Assembly (NCBI GenBank): GCA_963754925.1
Contig: CAVWHX010000009.1
Location: 69,671 to 133,670, forward strand
Direction: 5' to 3'
DNA length: 64,000 nt
DNA from: an uncultured delta proteobacterium
GTDB taxonomy: Bacteria; Myxococcota; B64-G9
The first letter of the stretch is position 1. Each line of letters begins with the position of its first letter. Below the pieces are notes generated by a model. The model did not search any database and was not told where the DNA came from. It saw only the letters and a program-made list of their open reading frames with translations. Made by a program: the position numbers and the translations under genes. Below are positions 63,090 through 64,000 of the stretch, in pieces.

Positions 63090-64000
63090 CTATGGGATGA
63101 TTTTCTTCTCTTGTACCAGATTTCCAACTGGCCTTTTCTTGACTTTATTTTCTCTAATTTTGGCGGCCATCTGTTTATCTTCAGGAATCTGGTTTACTAT
63201 GGTATGCATACGATTTTTGGCGCTAATGCAGCTCCGTACCTCTTAACGGTGCTTCTTACTCATTTAGGCGCAGCATACATTCTATTTAAAATAATCCTCC
63301 TCATAGTAGAGAAACCATCATTGGCCGCCGCGGGCACGATGATCTGGGGAATATGCCCCGTTAACTATGCAACTCTATTGTGGTACGCGGCATTTGCTCA
63401 GATCCTTGTGGGTTTTTTCTTTTTATTAATAGTATATGATCTTCTCAAAATTGAAAAAGGTTTAATTGCATTTTCAGCAAAAAGAGCCGTTCTTTGGTCA
63501 TTCTACCTTTTCCTGATGTCAGCTTCCTATGGTTCGGGGCTTGCCATTGCATGCTTGGCTCCCTTCGCGATAGTGATTATCCTCTGGAATGATGAAAAGA
63601 AATGGCGGATTTCCGCATCAGTGCTTCCCGTTATAGCTTTAATTTTATTGTTGTTTGTTTACAAGGACTCAATTTACGGATACGTAAGTGGAGAAGTGCA
63701 GGATACAAGACCTATCACTTTAATATTTGCTATTGGCTATTATCAAAGTATCTTAGAATTCTTCATCAGAATGTTTATGTACGCCATTTATTGTATGGCT
63801 GCTTTTCCCTTATTATTTTTCTCATCCGCAATGAATAGCACAAATGATATGATTATTATGTCAATTCCAGTTATCGTGGTGTTGGTATTATATATTGTCT
63901 TATTTGCTCGCGCCGAAGGACGAAGATTTAGATTTTATACGGTTCTCGGAATATTTTTTCTTGTATTGGTAGGATTAACTGCTTATGGAAGGGCACCGAT
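63090..64000 (+). CDS. polytopic membrane protein (3' end outside window; start uncertain), possibly a glycosyltransferase or polymerase of the adjacent polysaccharide cluster
   Basis: Continuous open frame from about 62973 to the window end, strongly hydrophobic. Not in the ORF track because it has no in-window stop. First in-frame ATG is far downstream, so the start may be non-ATG or lost to an indel. Confidence 0.35.

Overview
This 64-kb window comes from a high-G+C bacterial chromosome. Its features are Gram-negative in type: lipoboxes, PhoB/PhoR-like, HtrA, furA-katG, glgX. It carries visibly AT-richer, apparently horizontally acquired segments. Core-like content: a PhoB/PhoR-like two-component pair beside a secreted metallophosphoesterase-GT39 glycosyltransferase operon preceded by a Pho-box-like repeat; a B12-binding radical SAM protein, TetR regulator, HtrA protease, GGDEF cyclase, D-aminoacylase-type amidohydrolase, penicillin-acylase-family protein, PlsC acyltransferase, a large PAS hybrid histidine kinase, NmrA/Zn-ADH/AKR redox genes, ICMT-type methyltransferase, furA-katG, tRNA-Asn(GTT), a DinG/Rad3-like helicase, glgX, an APC permease and a GT2/SDR polysaccharide-type cluster. 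Accessory content: (i) a low-G+C glycyl-radical-enzyme (GRE) locus in which the radical-SAM activating enzyme is fused in frame to the N-terminus of the GRE itself (12.3-15.6 kb). (ii) A roughly 12-kb AT-rich island (about 20.9-33 kb) that starts at a 5'-truncated AAA+ ATPase. It contains a four-gene cassette of unknown function ending in an Mrr-type PD-(D/E)xK nuclease, which is the best candidate here for an undescribed defense system. It also holds an sce7726-like/beta-protein pair, an HTH-ImmA metallopeptidase plus small nucleotidyltransferase module split by an intact IS3-family element (4-bp CCGG target duplication), an EcsC-family gene bracketed by 26-bp direct repeats and a long SPFH/flotillin gene. 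(iii) Two copies of a 267-bp MITE-like element with terminal inverted repeats and 8-bp target duplications. At least ten genes are split by single-base frameshifts, and every one I could map sits in a homopolymer run, so this looks like a systematic assembly indel artefact rather than gene decay. No CRISPR array or rRNA gene was seen.
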